From contig CM022668.1 of NCBI GenBank assembly GCA_012295275.1, positions 9,052,001-9,116,000 of the forward strand: a stretch of 64,000 nucleotides of DNA. Direction: 5' to 3'. The notes under the pieces were generated by a model. The model was not told the origin of the DNA. It worked only from the letters and a program-made list of their open reading frames with translations, and searched no databases. The first letter of the stretch is position 1, and each line of letters starts with the position of its first letter. This document shows positions 12,506-24,712 of the stretch, piece after piece. A program made the translations under genes and the position numbers. Source of the DNA: Chrysomallon squamiferum. Lineage: Eukaryota; Animalia; Mollusca.

Positions 12506-13721
12506 CTTTACTGCTACTGATACTGCTTCCACTACAACTACTATTACTTTTTTTACTGCTGCTACTACTCTACAAGAACTACTACTACTGTTACTACTAC
12601 TACTACCACCATCACTCCAACTCCATATATCTCAAATGTGCCAGTATGATTTGAATCTGCTATACCCACTATTCTTCATTAAAAACATAACACCCAGGAA
12701 CACAACACCACCTCAAGAAACCGAATATTTTTATGTGCTGTAATAAAAGGCTAACATGAACTTCAAGCCTGTGAGATATCTGAGCTGTTGTTTAGACCAT
12801 TGCAAAACTGATGTGTAATATACAGTTTATAACACAGTCAGATAATGTGGTATCAATTCCTATTTTGTGATTTACTTGTGTATGTTATACAGCCTTGTAA
12901 ACTGATAATGTTCCATTACAGTGAACCTCTGCTGGTTGTGTTTATTTTGTAGTAGTAGTAGTTGTTGTTGTTGTTGTTGTTGCTGTGCAGATAGTAATAG
13001 TAGTAACAGTTGATGTGGTGTTAGTTGTAGTAATAGTAGTGACAGCAGCAGTAGTGGGGGTTGTAGTAACATTAATAGTAGCATTAGTAGTTGTAATAGT
13101 AGTGTCAGTATAGTAATAGTTGTAATAGTAGTGTCAGTATAGTAATAGTTGTAATAGTAGTGTCAGTATAGTAATAGTAGTGTCAGTATAGTAATAGTAG
13201 TGTCAGTATAGTAATAGTAGTAATAGCAGTAGCAGTTGTTGATGTTGTAATAGCAGTAGTTAGTAAAAGTAGTAATACTTGTAACAGTAGTAGTTGTTAT
13301 AGTAGTAGTAACTGTAACAGTAGTAGTAGTAGTAGTAATAGCAGTAGCAGTTGTTTTTGTATTAGTAGTAGTAGTAATACCAGTAGTAATTGTAGTAGTA
13401 GTATTTGTAACAGTAGTAGTAGTAGTAGTAACTAACAGCAGTAGTAGTAGTAGTAATAGCAGTAGCAATTCTTGTAGTAGAAGTAGTAATTGTAACAGTA
13501 GTAGTAGTAGTATTAATTGTAACAGTAGTAGTAGTAGTAGTAGCAGCAGCAGAAGCAGTAGTTGAAGTAGTATTTTAAAATTTATTATTTATTTAATTTT
13601 TCTTTTAAAATACTTTTTCAGCATATGACAATATCTGGTATCTGGAACAAATCATGGAATTTCTGTTTGTAACTTAGACTGGTTTTTCATCTGAAATGTA
13701 AAAAAGACTCTGTTTTCCAAG

Positions 13722-13819
13722 ATGGCCGTCTCTTTGAGTTTTCAGTCAGCGCCTATTTACCTGCGGGAACCAGTCATTGGATCAGAACCAGTCTATCGTG
13801 GGAGATATTTAAAACGCAT
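13722..13819 (+). CDS. Uncharacterised 246-aa protein, coding exon 1 (MAVSLSFQSAPIYLREPVIGSEPVYRGRYLKR)
   Basis: ATG in good context (caagATGG), 32 open codons plus 2 nt, then the donor AT|gtgagt. Phase 2 matches the next exon. An upstream acceptor (tactttttcag, ending 13621) suggests a further non-coding exon. Confidence 0.7.
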
Positions 13820-13952
13820 GTGAGTTGCTTTTCAAATTTGTTTTTATTACAAAATTATCAGATGAAGTTTTTTTTTTTTTTGTTATTGATGTTATTCTAT
13901 TTCTTCTTCTTCTTCTTCTTCTTCCTTCTTCTTCTTCTTCTTCTTCTCCTAC

Positions 13953-13985
<33 letters not shown>

Positions 13986-14336
13986 TTATTATTATTATTA
14001 TTATTGTTATTGTTAATATTCTTTCTTTTTATTGTTATTTTTTATTCAACATCATCATCATATTCAGCTGTTGTAGTTGGTGGTGTTTGTTATTATCATA
14101 ACTGATTTTGTTATTGATGTTCTTGTTACTGTCATATTCATTAAATAGTTTCCTCTTTGTATCTTATATATATTGGTTCTCTGATAATTGGTTAGAACTG
14201 GAAATAAATAAGATTACATATTTGGTTCTCTCTTCATTGGTTAGAATTGGAAAATATGAAAGATGATATATTCATTGGTTACTCTTAGCAACAAGAATTA
14301 TTAATAATACTTAGCACCAATGGATTTTTATTTTAT

Positions 14337-14376
<40 letters not shown>

Positions 14377-14913
14377 TTTTTTTTTTTTTTTTTTTTTTTT
14401 GATTTTCCAAAAATGTAATGGAGTAATACTTTAAACAAGAAAGATAAAAAAAAAAATAAATAAAAATTCAAAAAAGAATTTTTGGAACTGTTCATTAATT
14501 ATTAATACTGATAAGCATCAAGAAATCTAATATGTCTGCCTACTCATAAACGTTATTAATCAAACTGATTTGAATGGGAAAAGGTCTGACAGGGGAATTA
14601 AAGTATTTATCAAAGATTTCTGGATTTATGTCCTATCACACTGACTGAACAAAATATTTATCTTAAAATTCAATATAGATAAAGTTATATAGAAAATATT
14701 AATAGTAGTAGAAATAATAATAGCAGCAGTAGTACAAGTAGTAGCTGCAGTAGCAGTAACAGTAGTAATAATAATAATAATAATAATAAAAAGAAGACAA
14801 AGAATATAAATTAATAATGATAATAATAACATATAAAGTAATAATGATGATGATAATGATAATTAATAATGATAATAATAATATATAAAGTAATAATTAT
14901 AATGATGATGATA

Positions 14914-14981
<68 letters not shown>

Positions 14982-15158
14982 CAGAATAACAGTAATATAC
15001 AGAGTAGTAGTAGTAATAATAATAATATAAATTAATAATAATAAGAAGATGACGAAGACTATAAATTAATAATCATAATAACAATAACCAAAATAATAAT
15101 AATAATAACCAGAATAATAGTAATATATAAGGTAGTAGTAGTAATAATAATAATATAA

Positions 15159-15205
<47 letters not shown>

Positions 15206-17510
15206 TAACAATAAAGTTAATGGGGTTTAGTGAGTATCAATATCCTGTATAAAGAAACTTAATACACTCCATGTGGTCTCGTTAACTCGTGTAACTAAAA
15301 GATTTTATTTTTTTACGTCACGTTTTGTACGAACGCCGTCAAGCAAGTAACGGACAGACTCAGTCTTTGAAGACTTTGCACAGATGTAACTGAACAGTCG
15401 TTTTTCAGTAGTGTTATTGTTTCTGAGATTCAAGAAATCGATCACACGAGCATATTTTAGATGCGTTTTTCTGGGTGTGTGAATGAATGTGTGTGTTACA
15501 TATTTACTAAAATACAGTAATATTTACAATAACACACATATACATACATACATACAGACATATATATATATATATATATATACAAAGTTATGTACATACA
15601 TACTACATACACATACAAAGATATTTACACATACATGTATATATGCACATACACAAATATATTCATGTAATTTTAAAAATTATAAATTCTATTTATTATC
15701 AATATATGAAAACAGATCAAAATATAAAGAACAAATATTAAATATTAACAAGAATTTGAATGTGTGTGTATGTGTGTTTGTTTGCATTTGATTAAAACAA
15801 TTATCAATTTTGACAAGAGAAAGTCTATGTGTGAAATATCTGCTGTATATTATAACAAGATTATACACCTGTAATCAGATAATCCTATTAATCAGTTTAC
15901 CTCCATGTAACTGAGTACAAAACAGTTAGGCCACAATTCATTAAATATATGTTTATCTGTACATTTATTATATATGTATGTTTAAATGTACATTAAGTAA
16001 AAAAAAAAAAAAAATGTTTAACTGTACATTAATTAGATATATGTTTAAATTTACATTAATAAAATTTCCTTTCAAAGGTAGTACTTCTGAAATAAATTAT
16101 CATTGATAGTACAAGGGTGTTTTTGGTTCATTTTTAGTTCTTGAATGAATGAAAAAATCAATGATTTATTATGTTTCTTTTTAATTATTTTACACTACAA
16201 TCATAACAGCTTCACTGATTATGTGTGTGTTTGTGTATGTATATTTTTGTTGATGTATATGTGTATGTGTTAATGTATGTTTATTTGGTAGTGTGTGTTC
16301 ATTTGTGTTGGTGTATGTGCATTTTTATGTGTGTGTGTGTGTGCACGTGCATGCACGCATTAATATATGCATATTTGTTAGTATGGGTATATTTGAAGAA
16401 TTTAATTCCAAAACCCAATAAATGCCAAAATCAAAATTTAAAAAAAAACGCGAACAAAAGTTCAGCGTTTGATGGCTGTTCAATAATAATTTTCATCACA
16501 ATTCTATATCAGCTGCTGATCTACACAGTAGACTATAGACCTTTGTTATATAACTTTATGAACTCCAGAGCAGAAATAGTCATTTTTCTCAAAACAAACA
16601 AAATGGATTTATAGTGTTTTGGAACCAGCAAACCTTTCATTTGTTAATGTACGTGCATTGTCATTAATGAATATTTATTTATATTAGTGAGTATGTATGT
16701 ACATATTTTTTTCTTATCACTTTTTATATTACTCAATTATTTTTTTTAGTTTTAACCACTGCAAACAACATACTGTATAAAAATATATTTCACACTGTGT
16801 GATATATTTAATATGAAACTCATAAATATGTTTTAGTGTCTGTTCAAAGAAAGTTCAGCAGGTTTACAAGTAGCAATAAATAATCCTTGCATACAAATAT
16901 TTAACATAAATTATTCACATTTCTTAAAAGATTATATATAAAATATACCCCACAGAACTAAGTATGTACTAAAATATTCAGGTCAGAAATTTCACATTGA
17001 TGTCTGCCTTACATGGGAAGGGAGATAACAGGGTTGTAGAATATGTTCATTTGAGATATCAGTGGTTGCAACATCAGTTCTACTCTGTGCTGCTGTTAGT
17101 TATATATCCTGTTCTAGAAACTGCTCTGTAACTGGTTGTTTTGTTTTACTGTTTCTTAGAATTTGTTACTGGTTAGAAGGTCAATTCTTCTCTGTCCCAC
17201 TATTAGTTATTTTCCCAATCTAGACACTGCCATATAGTCAAATGCTGTGTTATTTTACTGTTTTTTTTGAATGAGTCAATGGTCCCAAGAATAATTCTTC
17301 TGTGCTTTTCCCCATTCTAGACAGTGCACCATGATTGTACATCACTGGTGACATGATCAAATCAGGGATTAGGACAAACTATTAAATCTGCTGTCAAACA
17401 ATTATTCATTCATTACGAAATAACCAATTCAATAAACAATTTATTCTTATTACACAAGCAAATTAAATCATGCCTCTTTATTTTTTTTATTTCACTAATT
17501 TTTTTCCCAG

Positions 17511-17732
17511 TCATGCCAGGCCTCGCAATTTCGACTTCTTCTACAAACCCAAAGACATTGTGAACCACGACATTGACCCCAGCGAACAGCAGCATCAGCA
17601 GCTGACTGTGCCGTACAGACTGCCGAAGATATCCCCGCGTTGCGTGTCCCCAGTTGACGCCGTGCTTGAGGAAAACAGACCACACAGGGAAGATACAGTG
17701 TGGGGCAGGTTTGGCTATGAACCAGCAGTTAG
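17511..17732 (+). CDS. Uncharacterised 246-aa protein, coding exon 2 (HARPRNFDFFYKPKDIV...WGRFGYEPAV)
   Basis: GC-rich island in an AT-rich background. Acceptor ttttttcccag, donor AG|gtacga, 222 nt, phase 2/2. Confidence 0.85.
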
Positions 17733-18321
17733 GTACGAAATTCGTGAATTTCAAATTATTAAAAGTATATTACATATATATATAACATTATTATTTGCTT
17801 ATTGTTTTTGATGTAATTATTATTACTGCTTTTATTATTTAAGCTTTTTATTATAATTATAGAGTTAGTATTTTTATTATAATTATTACAGTAGTATTTT
17901 TATTATAATTATTACAGATGTTATTTTTTATTATTATGCCATTTCTTTTTTTGACATGACCATTTGTTATTTATTCAAAAAGTGCAAACATAATAATAAT
18001 ATTGATTAACTGTCTTTAATGGTATTCATGTCAAAATCATTGTTCTATTACTATAATGTTATTATTATTATTATTTTTATTAATTTTAATTAGTTACTCT
18101 TTTATTAATAGTAGTAATTTTTATTATCATTACTTATTAGTATAGCTATCATTATTATTTTTATTATCATTAGTTTATTATTATTATTATTATTATTATT
18201 TTTAATTAGTTACTCTTTTATTAATAGTAGTAATCATTATTACCATTAGTTGTTAGTATAGCTATCATTATTATTATTATTATTATTATTGTTGTTGTTG
18301 TTGTTGTTGTTGTTGTTACAG

Positions 18322-18462
18322 AATTCCCACGCTATTGCCCTCAGTTAACAAAATGATGGTTAACACACCTTCCAACATGGCCGTGCCTCATTTTCAAAAC
18401 GCTGGGATAATGCCACTCAAGTTCAGACAGAGGCAGAAAATGGAGGACAAGATGCTAAAAAA
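18322..18462 (+). CDS. Uncharacterised 246-aa protein, coding exon 3 (IPTLLPSVNKMMVNTPSNMAVPHFQNAGIMPLKFRQRQKMEDKMLK)
   Basis: Acceptor (ttg)n-ttacag, donor AA|gtatga, 141 nt, phase 2/2, open in the required frame. It is too short to appear in the ORF track. Confidence 0.8.
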
Positions 18463-18479
18463 GTATGACTAGAGAGATT

Positions 18480-18548
<69 letters not shown>

Positions 18549-18638
18549 GATAGACAATATGGATAGTATCAAGGGAGACAATTCTATTTAAAGTCCACTT
18601 TACAAACTTGGGAACAGATATCATTTTACACATTTTAA

Positions 18639-18687
<49 letters not shown>

Positions 18688-18980
18688 AAATTACTGAAGA
18701 TATTCAGTCATTCTTAAATGATATGTCACACAAAAAAAATAAAAAATTCGTTAGTCTGGAAAAAAAAAAGAGATATACATAATTTTTCCAAACTTATTTT
18801 TATGAACAATTTAAATACAATACCAAAACTGTCCTTACATATAAACAAAACTGTTTCTCAAAAAATAACAGAGATCATAATCTCAACATATTCTATCAAC
18901 TTTTCGTATTTTTATGTTGTCTTTTTTTCTTCTTCTTCACTAACACATTATTATTTAAATCAAATCAATTACTTTTCAAG

Positions 18981-19149
18981 TCTACTAGCAAAAGCTGAGA
19001 AGTGCCAGACTGCAAGGGAAGCGATGAGAGGCGAACCGACGCCCTCCCCAGTGTACAGCCGGGCTGCGTCACCCAGCAAGTCGGCCAAGAGCATCCACTG
19101 GACCCTGGGTGACCACATCGGCAACAACTCCCCCATCTTCGACAAAAAG
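18981..19149 (+). CDS. Uncharacterised 246-aa protein, coding exon 4 (LLAKAEKCQTAREAMRGEPTPSP...NSPIFDKK)
   Basis: Acceptor acttttcaag, donor AAG|gtaatc, phase 2/0, GC-rich codons. Confidence 0.82.
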
Positions 19150-19536
19150 GTAATCACGTCAACGTTCAGTTAATAAATATCATTAATTTCTTATTTTATT
19201 TTATTTCATGGAAAAAGTTATTATTATTTATTTATTTTTGTTATATATACATATACACACATACACAAACATTTTGCTTTTCAAGAAAGAAGTATTATTT
19301 TAAATTATAGTAAAGGTAATCACGTCAATGTTCAGTTATTTTTAAATTATTTCATTTGTTTATTTATTTGTATTATATATATATATTGCTTTTCAAGAAA
19401 GAAGTATTATTTTAAATTATTATTTATTTATTAATATTATATTATTATTATTATTATATATATATATTTTTTTGATATTTCAGGGAAGAAATAGTGTTAT
19501 TTATGTATGTATGTGTATTTAATAGTGTTTGTTTGT

Positions 19537-19591
<55 letters not shown>

Positions 19592-19597
19592 TTTCAG

Positions 19598-19708
19598 GGA
19601 AGGAGCAGAGTTCAAGGACCATTTTCCAGGGAGTTCACTGTTACCTGTTTTGCACCTCACAACTGGCTGCGACTTAAACTGGGAAGATCAAAGTCAATGA
19701 TTCGTTAG
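19598..19708 (+). CDS. Uncharacterised 246-aa protein, terminal coding exon (GRSRVQGPFSREFTVTCFAPHNWLRLKLGRSKSMIR*)
   Basis: Acceptor (attt)n-cag, phase 0, TAG at 19706-19708. The five exons sum to 741 nt, or 247 codons. Confidence 0.75.
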   Translation, partial: GRSRVQGPFSREFTVTCFAPHNWLRLKLGRSKSMIR

Positions 19709-20309
19709 TTACCATGGTGATGGAAGCCTATTAATGGTTACAGCCGTTAATAATGGTTACACATCTGAAATGTCTGTAACCACTGTTAATAAAGTTACCT
19801 TGTTTTATCTACTATAACCAAATATCAAGGAAATAGTAACCACTATTAACCTGTAACATTGTGATATACTGTAACCAAAATACTCATTTGGTTATATCAG
19901 GGAAGTATTTGTAACCAGCTATCTGCAATACTGTGATATACTGTAACCAAAAGTGAATGGTTGGTTACATCAGGAACATCTAACCAGTGTTCATTTGTGA
20001 TGTAACCTAATTAGAATGTTTGGTTACACTGACCTGATGGTTACATTTATATGTATTCCAATAATCTTTTACACTGTGATATGTTGTAACCAAATTAACA
20101 TGGTTACATTTTATAGCCAGCAAATGTTAATGACTGCTTACATCATTATAAAAAGTATTAACTTATAATTTTCCCTGTTTTGTGTATAGTACAAATGTTG
20201 GTTACATATTTGTAACACTAACAATGTCTATTTATAATGACATTTGTAACTGGCATTTGGTTACACATAAGGATATAAATTATATTTTAACATGTATTGT
20301 TAAATTATG

Positions 20310-20386
<77 letters not shown>

Positions 20387-21884
20387 ATTTTATCAATGAT
20401 TCTTTAATCAGCTTAACAGGGTAACTGTAAACATCATTAAGTTTTAACTAATTTAACAATTCGATTGTCTACTAAAATTAAAATTAAAATAAAATTAAAA
20501 AGGCATTCATGGAGAGGAACATATTTTAAGCACAATAAACTCTTCAAATATTCAAAATAATTTTTGGCTATCAATTGAATTTTTTTTTAATTGAAGGGAG
20601 ACAACTGCATTTTAATGGAAGATAATGAATTACTTTTGCTTGCTGTACCGATTCTCAATATTAATCTCTGAAGAGAAACCACTGCTCCCAAAAAAATGCA
20701 AATGATTTTTTATCAAAAATAAATATATAATAATAATCGTAACATAACAATACCAGTAAGTTAATAATAGAATTCCCCATAATTTTAAAACCTTTTTTTT
20801 AAAATTTAACCTGAAAATATTTTTATTGTTAAAAAGCATAGATTTAATTATAAATGCATTTCAGAGCAGAAAATAAATAAAATATGTACAAACCAACAGT
20901 TTGAATGTTTAAATTTAGACAAATTAAGTTCTTGCATGAGCCTTGATCCTACAGACTTGGGTTTGAATACAATCTTTTCTGCATATGATGCTTCTACATG
21001 TCAAATTGTTATTTTTGTCTACATTTCAAACCTAGATAGCCTATATATATTTCACATTTACTAATATAAATTTGTATGTGATGTTTATGTTTGTGTTCAC
21101 ACAAACACAATGTATTATTATTCACAAACACACATGTGTATATACACATAAAAATACTTTAAAAAGACAATGAAATTATAAACATTTTTTACTGCAACAT
21201 GTATATATATATATATAGCATTCTTAGTCTTATTCGTTAAACAACTACATTTTTGTACATTATACAAATTATACCTCAACAAGAAATATATTTCTTGCAG
21301 CACAGTATTGAAAGTAGTTATGTTTGAATTACTGTTCACCATTACCATATACATAACTGTTTTACAACAAAAACAACCAACATACATCTGTTATATGTGA
21401 TTGAGTTTTGTACATATAATACCTACTAGAATCAGAGGAAAGCAGTATGGCCTTCAAATCCTGAAGAATCCTGTTTTGTCTGAGTGTTTGGCAAAGAAGA
21501 AGATGAAGTACATATTCTACCAATTCATGTTCTGGAATATATTCCTCAATGTTTGAATGAATAAAATGTTGCCAAAGTGAATACTTTGTTGATGAGTTTA
21601 AAAATCAGCTGTGTTTTCAGCACTTGCATATGATAATTTAATATTTATATATATATATATAATAGAAATATCTAAAAATATCTATAAGCAATTTACTTCT
21701 CAAGTGTGTGTTTAAATATTTATGTCTACAATGTGTATATGTGTGTGTAACTACCATAATAGTTCCTCATCTGTGTATATATATATATACCTGACATAAA
21801 CTCTATACAAATTCTTGATTTGACCTTCATTAAACTTCATTATTCTGAATTCAAAACAAGATTATTTTTCTCTCGCTCTGAACA

Positions 21885-22868
21885 TCACACAACAGTTTCC
21901 TCTTTGACCAGCATGAAATACGAAATCTTCGAGTGGTCCTCAGTCTCAGAATCTTCTTCAGCGTCATCGTCGTTGGTCCCCTGAAGCTGATGAAACGGCT
22001 TTGATGTTGACAGAAAACACAGATTTGACTTGGACAAACCTTCAACCAGTTCTGCTTTCCAAGTGCACGGCATCAGACTACTCAAAGCCGACTGGACAGC
22101 AGTTGCTGACACAGGAAAGTTAAAAGTATGACCGTCCTCGATGACTGGATTGTCCTCGAAGTGCTGCAGCATCTGCTTGACAATGGCAGCCATCACAGGG
22201 AAGGGAAGAGGCAGGAACATTTTAAACATCATCACCATCTCGAGGACGGCGTGCAGACTCTCCAGTTTGTTTATCTTAGACTGGCAGTCAGCGTCCTTGC
22301 TCAGGTAAGATGTCAGGCTGCTGGGCGTGGTCAGATCCTTGGAGACGAGGTATGTCATGTAGTCACCCTGCAGTTTCTCAATGCCAATGTCAGCCATCAT
22401 GGTCAGCGGAGCCACACCTCTGAGCGACGGAGCCTCCATCTCGCTCGTGTATGACTGTCGCACGAGAGTGGCCAGTCTGGTGTGGTTGCTGTTGCGGACG
22501 AACGGCTGGATTTCTCCGCCTCTCAGACAGGACAGCACGTACTGGAGACTCTCCGTGAGCTCCGACATGGACTGGCACCGGTAAAACCTTCCACAGTCTG
22601 TCGGTGAAATCCAGGTCCAGTCGCTCCTCCATGTTCAAGTTCACTGCGCAGCACTCGTCCTCGTCCGCGCTGTCCTGGACAGCACCGTCATCAACATCGT
22701 CTGCGTCGTTCTGCTTCAAGTACTCCACTAAATTCTCCACGGATTTGAGGAGGCTGTGTTCGCGATCCCCGGCCAGCCACACGATGTTGCCTGTCTCGGT
22801 GGCGCTGATGATGTTTTTCAACATCTTCAGTTCGGTGTACAGGCTGAATACTGGACTCTGTTCACAAC
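21885..22868 (-). CDS. ZWILCH: Protein Zwilch homolog, exon 2 (contains an apparent frameshift at about 22581)
   Basis: Acceptor aactcag|GT, phase 1. SPVFSLYTELKML..TGNIVW and RLDLDFTDRLWKVL lie in one frame. CQSMSEL..LRGGEIQPFV..LVRQSY..MMADIGIEKLQGDY..KLESLHAVLEM..PCTWKAEL lies in another. Both blocks match the Zwilch C-terminal half. TGA at 21887-21885. Confidence 0.9.
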
Positions 22869-23193
22869 CTGAGTTTGATAAACTTGATTGTCAGCGACGT
22901 CGGTTACACGGAAATACAGTTCATACCAGTAAAATAAACTTTTATTAATGCTGGTACACCTTACCTTGCTTCTAAGTAAGTTATAGTAATTAAGAAAAAT
23001 TATGTGAAAATTGAATACCTTATTTACAAATTTTTAGTAGAAAAGTAACATCTAATTAAATATCTTGTTCTAAAACATTAGACCTTTTTTGTTTTGTTTT
23101 TGGTTTCTTTTTTCTTGCTTTATTTTTAATATTCATTATTATTATTATTATTATTATTATTTTTATCTGAATATTTAAAATATGAAATATTAT

Positions 23194-23294
<101 letters not shown>

Positions 23295-23303
23295 AACACA
23301 CAC

Positions 23304-24258
23304 CTGAAGAAATGCTAGACACTATGGTAGCATCAGCATCTGTTGGAAATTTCTGTAACAGTCTCCTCACATTTTTCCATTCCACCAGAACTTTCAGAAT
23401 TCCCGTGTAACCCTCATTAAAATGCTTCTGATTTTCCAAGACGTCATACACCGCCTGACATGTGACTTCTGACGTGTTGCTGGGAAACGGATAACTGTGA
23501 CAGTCTACCTGCTCTGTCGATTTCTGGGACAGAGAAACTTTGATAAGTTTCAAATTCTTCTGCGGCTGAACTCTGTTCTGCTTTTCTACTGGTTCAGCCC
23601 CTAGCATTATCGTAGACAATGTCGTAACAGGATCTGACATTTTTCGAGGCTGGCATAACACCCACAACGACGGAATTACGCTACCGTTGCCGTTGTTGCT
23701 TAATGACAGAATGTTTTTGCAAGAAATGGTATACATCGAAATAAAATGTCTTGCTTCCTGCAGATCGAGACCAACGAACTGCTTTGCTGTTGATGTGTCA
23801 CTGAAATGATTAGATACTTTCTCGAATGGCGAGTCTAAGTCTGACATCGACAGATCAGCAAACGTTTCCACTCTCAGCGGCGAACCTGACAAAATTGCAT
23901 CGCCTGAACCAGAGACCGAGCTACTTGCACTCGACGTTTTATCCTCTCTTTCACTTTTATTCCGCAAAGAAACGTTGGAAGCATCTCCATTCATAATAAC
24001 ACTGTTAGAGTTTTTAGAAGTGGACGATAAAGATATTCGACTTTTTGACAAAACAATCGCTGGCTGGCCATTTCGAGCGATGTTTACATTTGACACTTCG
24101 TCGAAATGTTCCAGAACTGTCAGTAGTTCAGGGGTACAGTTGCTTCTGTGACCGTCGATGAATTCAAGAAATATGCCATTATTAAAACGTTGTGATTGTT
24201 TAGTTCTAAAGACATTTTTGAGGATGTCTGTAAATTCGTTTACAATCTGTTGATCCAT
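23304..24258 (-). CDS. ZWILCH: Protein Zwilch homolog (kinetochore RZZ complex subunit), exon 1
   Basis: First ATG (MDQQIVNEF) at 24258. The motifs ARHFISMYT, PSLWVLC, MLGAE and VEWKNVRRLLQKFPTDADATI..SG are collinear with recalled vertebrate Zwilch motifs (ARQLIGLYT, PPLWVRC, WLGAE, ISWSPVDEILQIPP..ATL..SG). Donor G|gtgtgt, phase 1. Confidence 0.9.
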
Positions 24259-24281
24259 TTTAAAACGAATGTTTACGAACA

Positions 24282-24317
24282 CCAATATCCAAACTGACCG
24301 CCAAAAACTACGGAAGT
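24282..24317 (-). promoter_or_regulatory. Candidate Zwilch proximal promoter (ETS, E2F/CDE-like and CCAAT motifs)
   Basis: CGGAAGT at 24311-24317, TTTTGGCGG on the minus strand at 24306-24298 and CCAAT at 24282, all within 60 bp of the ATG. These are motif matches only. Confidence 0.4.
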
Positions 24318-24568
24318 GTGTAAGTAGGAAATTGTTTTATTTTCCTCCAAGATCAAGCGCACCAACATCTTTATAAAACGTGTCTTATTCAAGAGGAACA
24401 AAATTCCGACCGTACATTTCGTGATTTATTTTTAGCTTACTATTGCAAAATATAATGCTGTACAGTTTACTGAAATTTCAAAAATACTGAATATTAAATT
24501 ATAATTAGTTTAGATGCTAACTTGAAAATGGTTTGTGTTACATGTGTATTACATCGCCAATGAAAGAA

Positions 24569-24620
<52 letters not shown>

Positions 24621-24672
24621 GTAGGAAAAAGAAAATTATTTATTTTAATTTTATTATCATTCTATTGTAGTT

Positions 24673-24712
<40 letters not shown>

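Noticed and set aside
504-13722. Joining the exons at 468-1159 to the 13.7-19.7 kb exons as one gene
   Set aside because: The exon at 983 ends in a stop codon at the canonical MAGUK C-terminus, and the second gene has its own ATG exon.
22128-22948. Plus-strand ORFs overlapping Zwilch exon 2
   Set aside because: Antisense shadows of a GC-rich coding exon.
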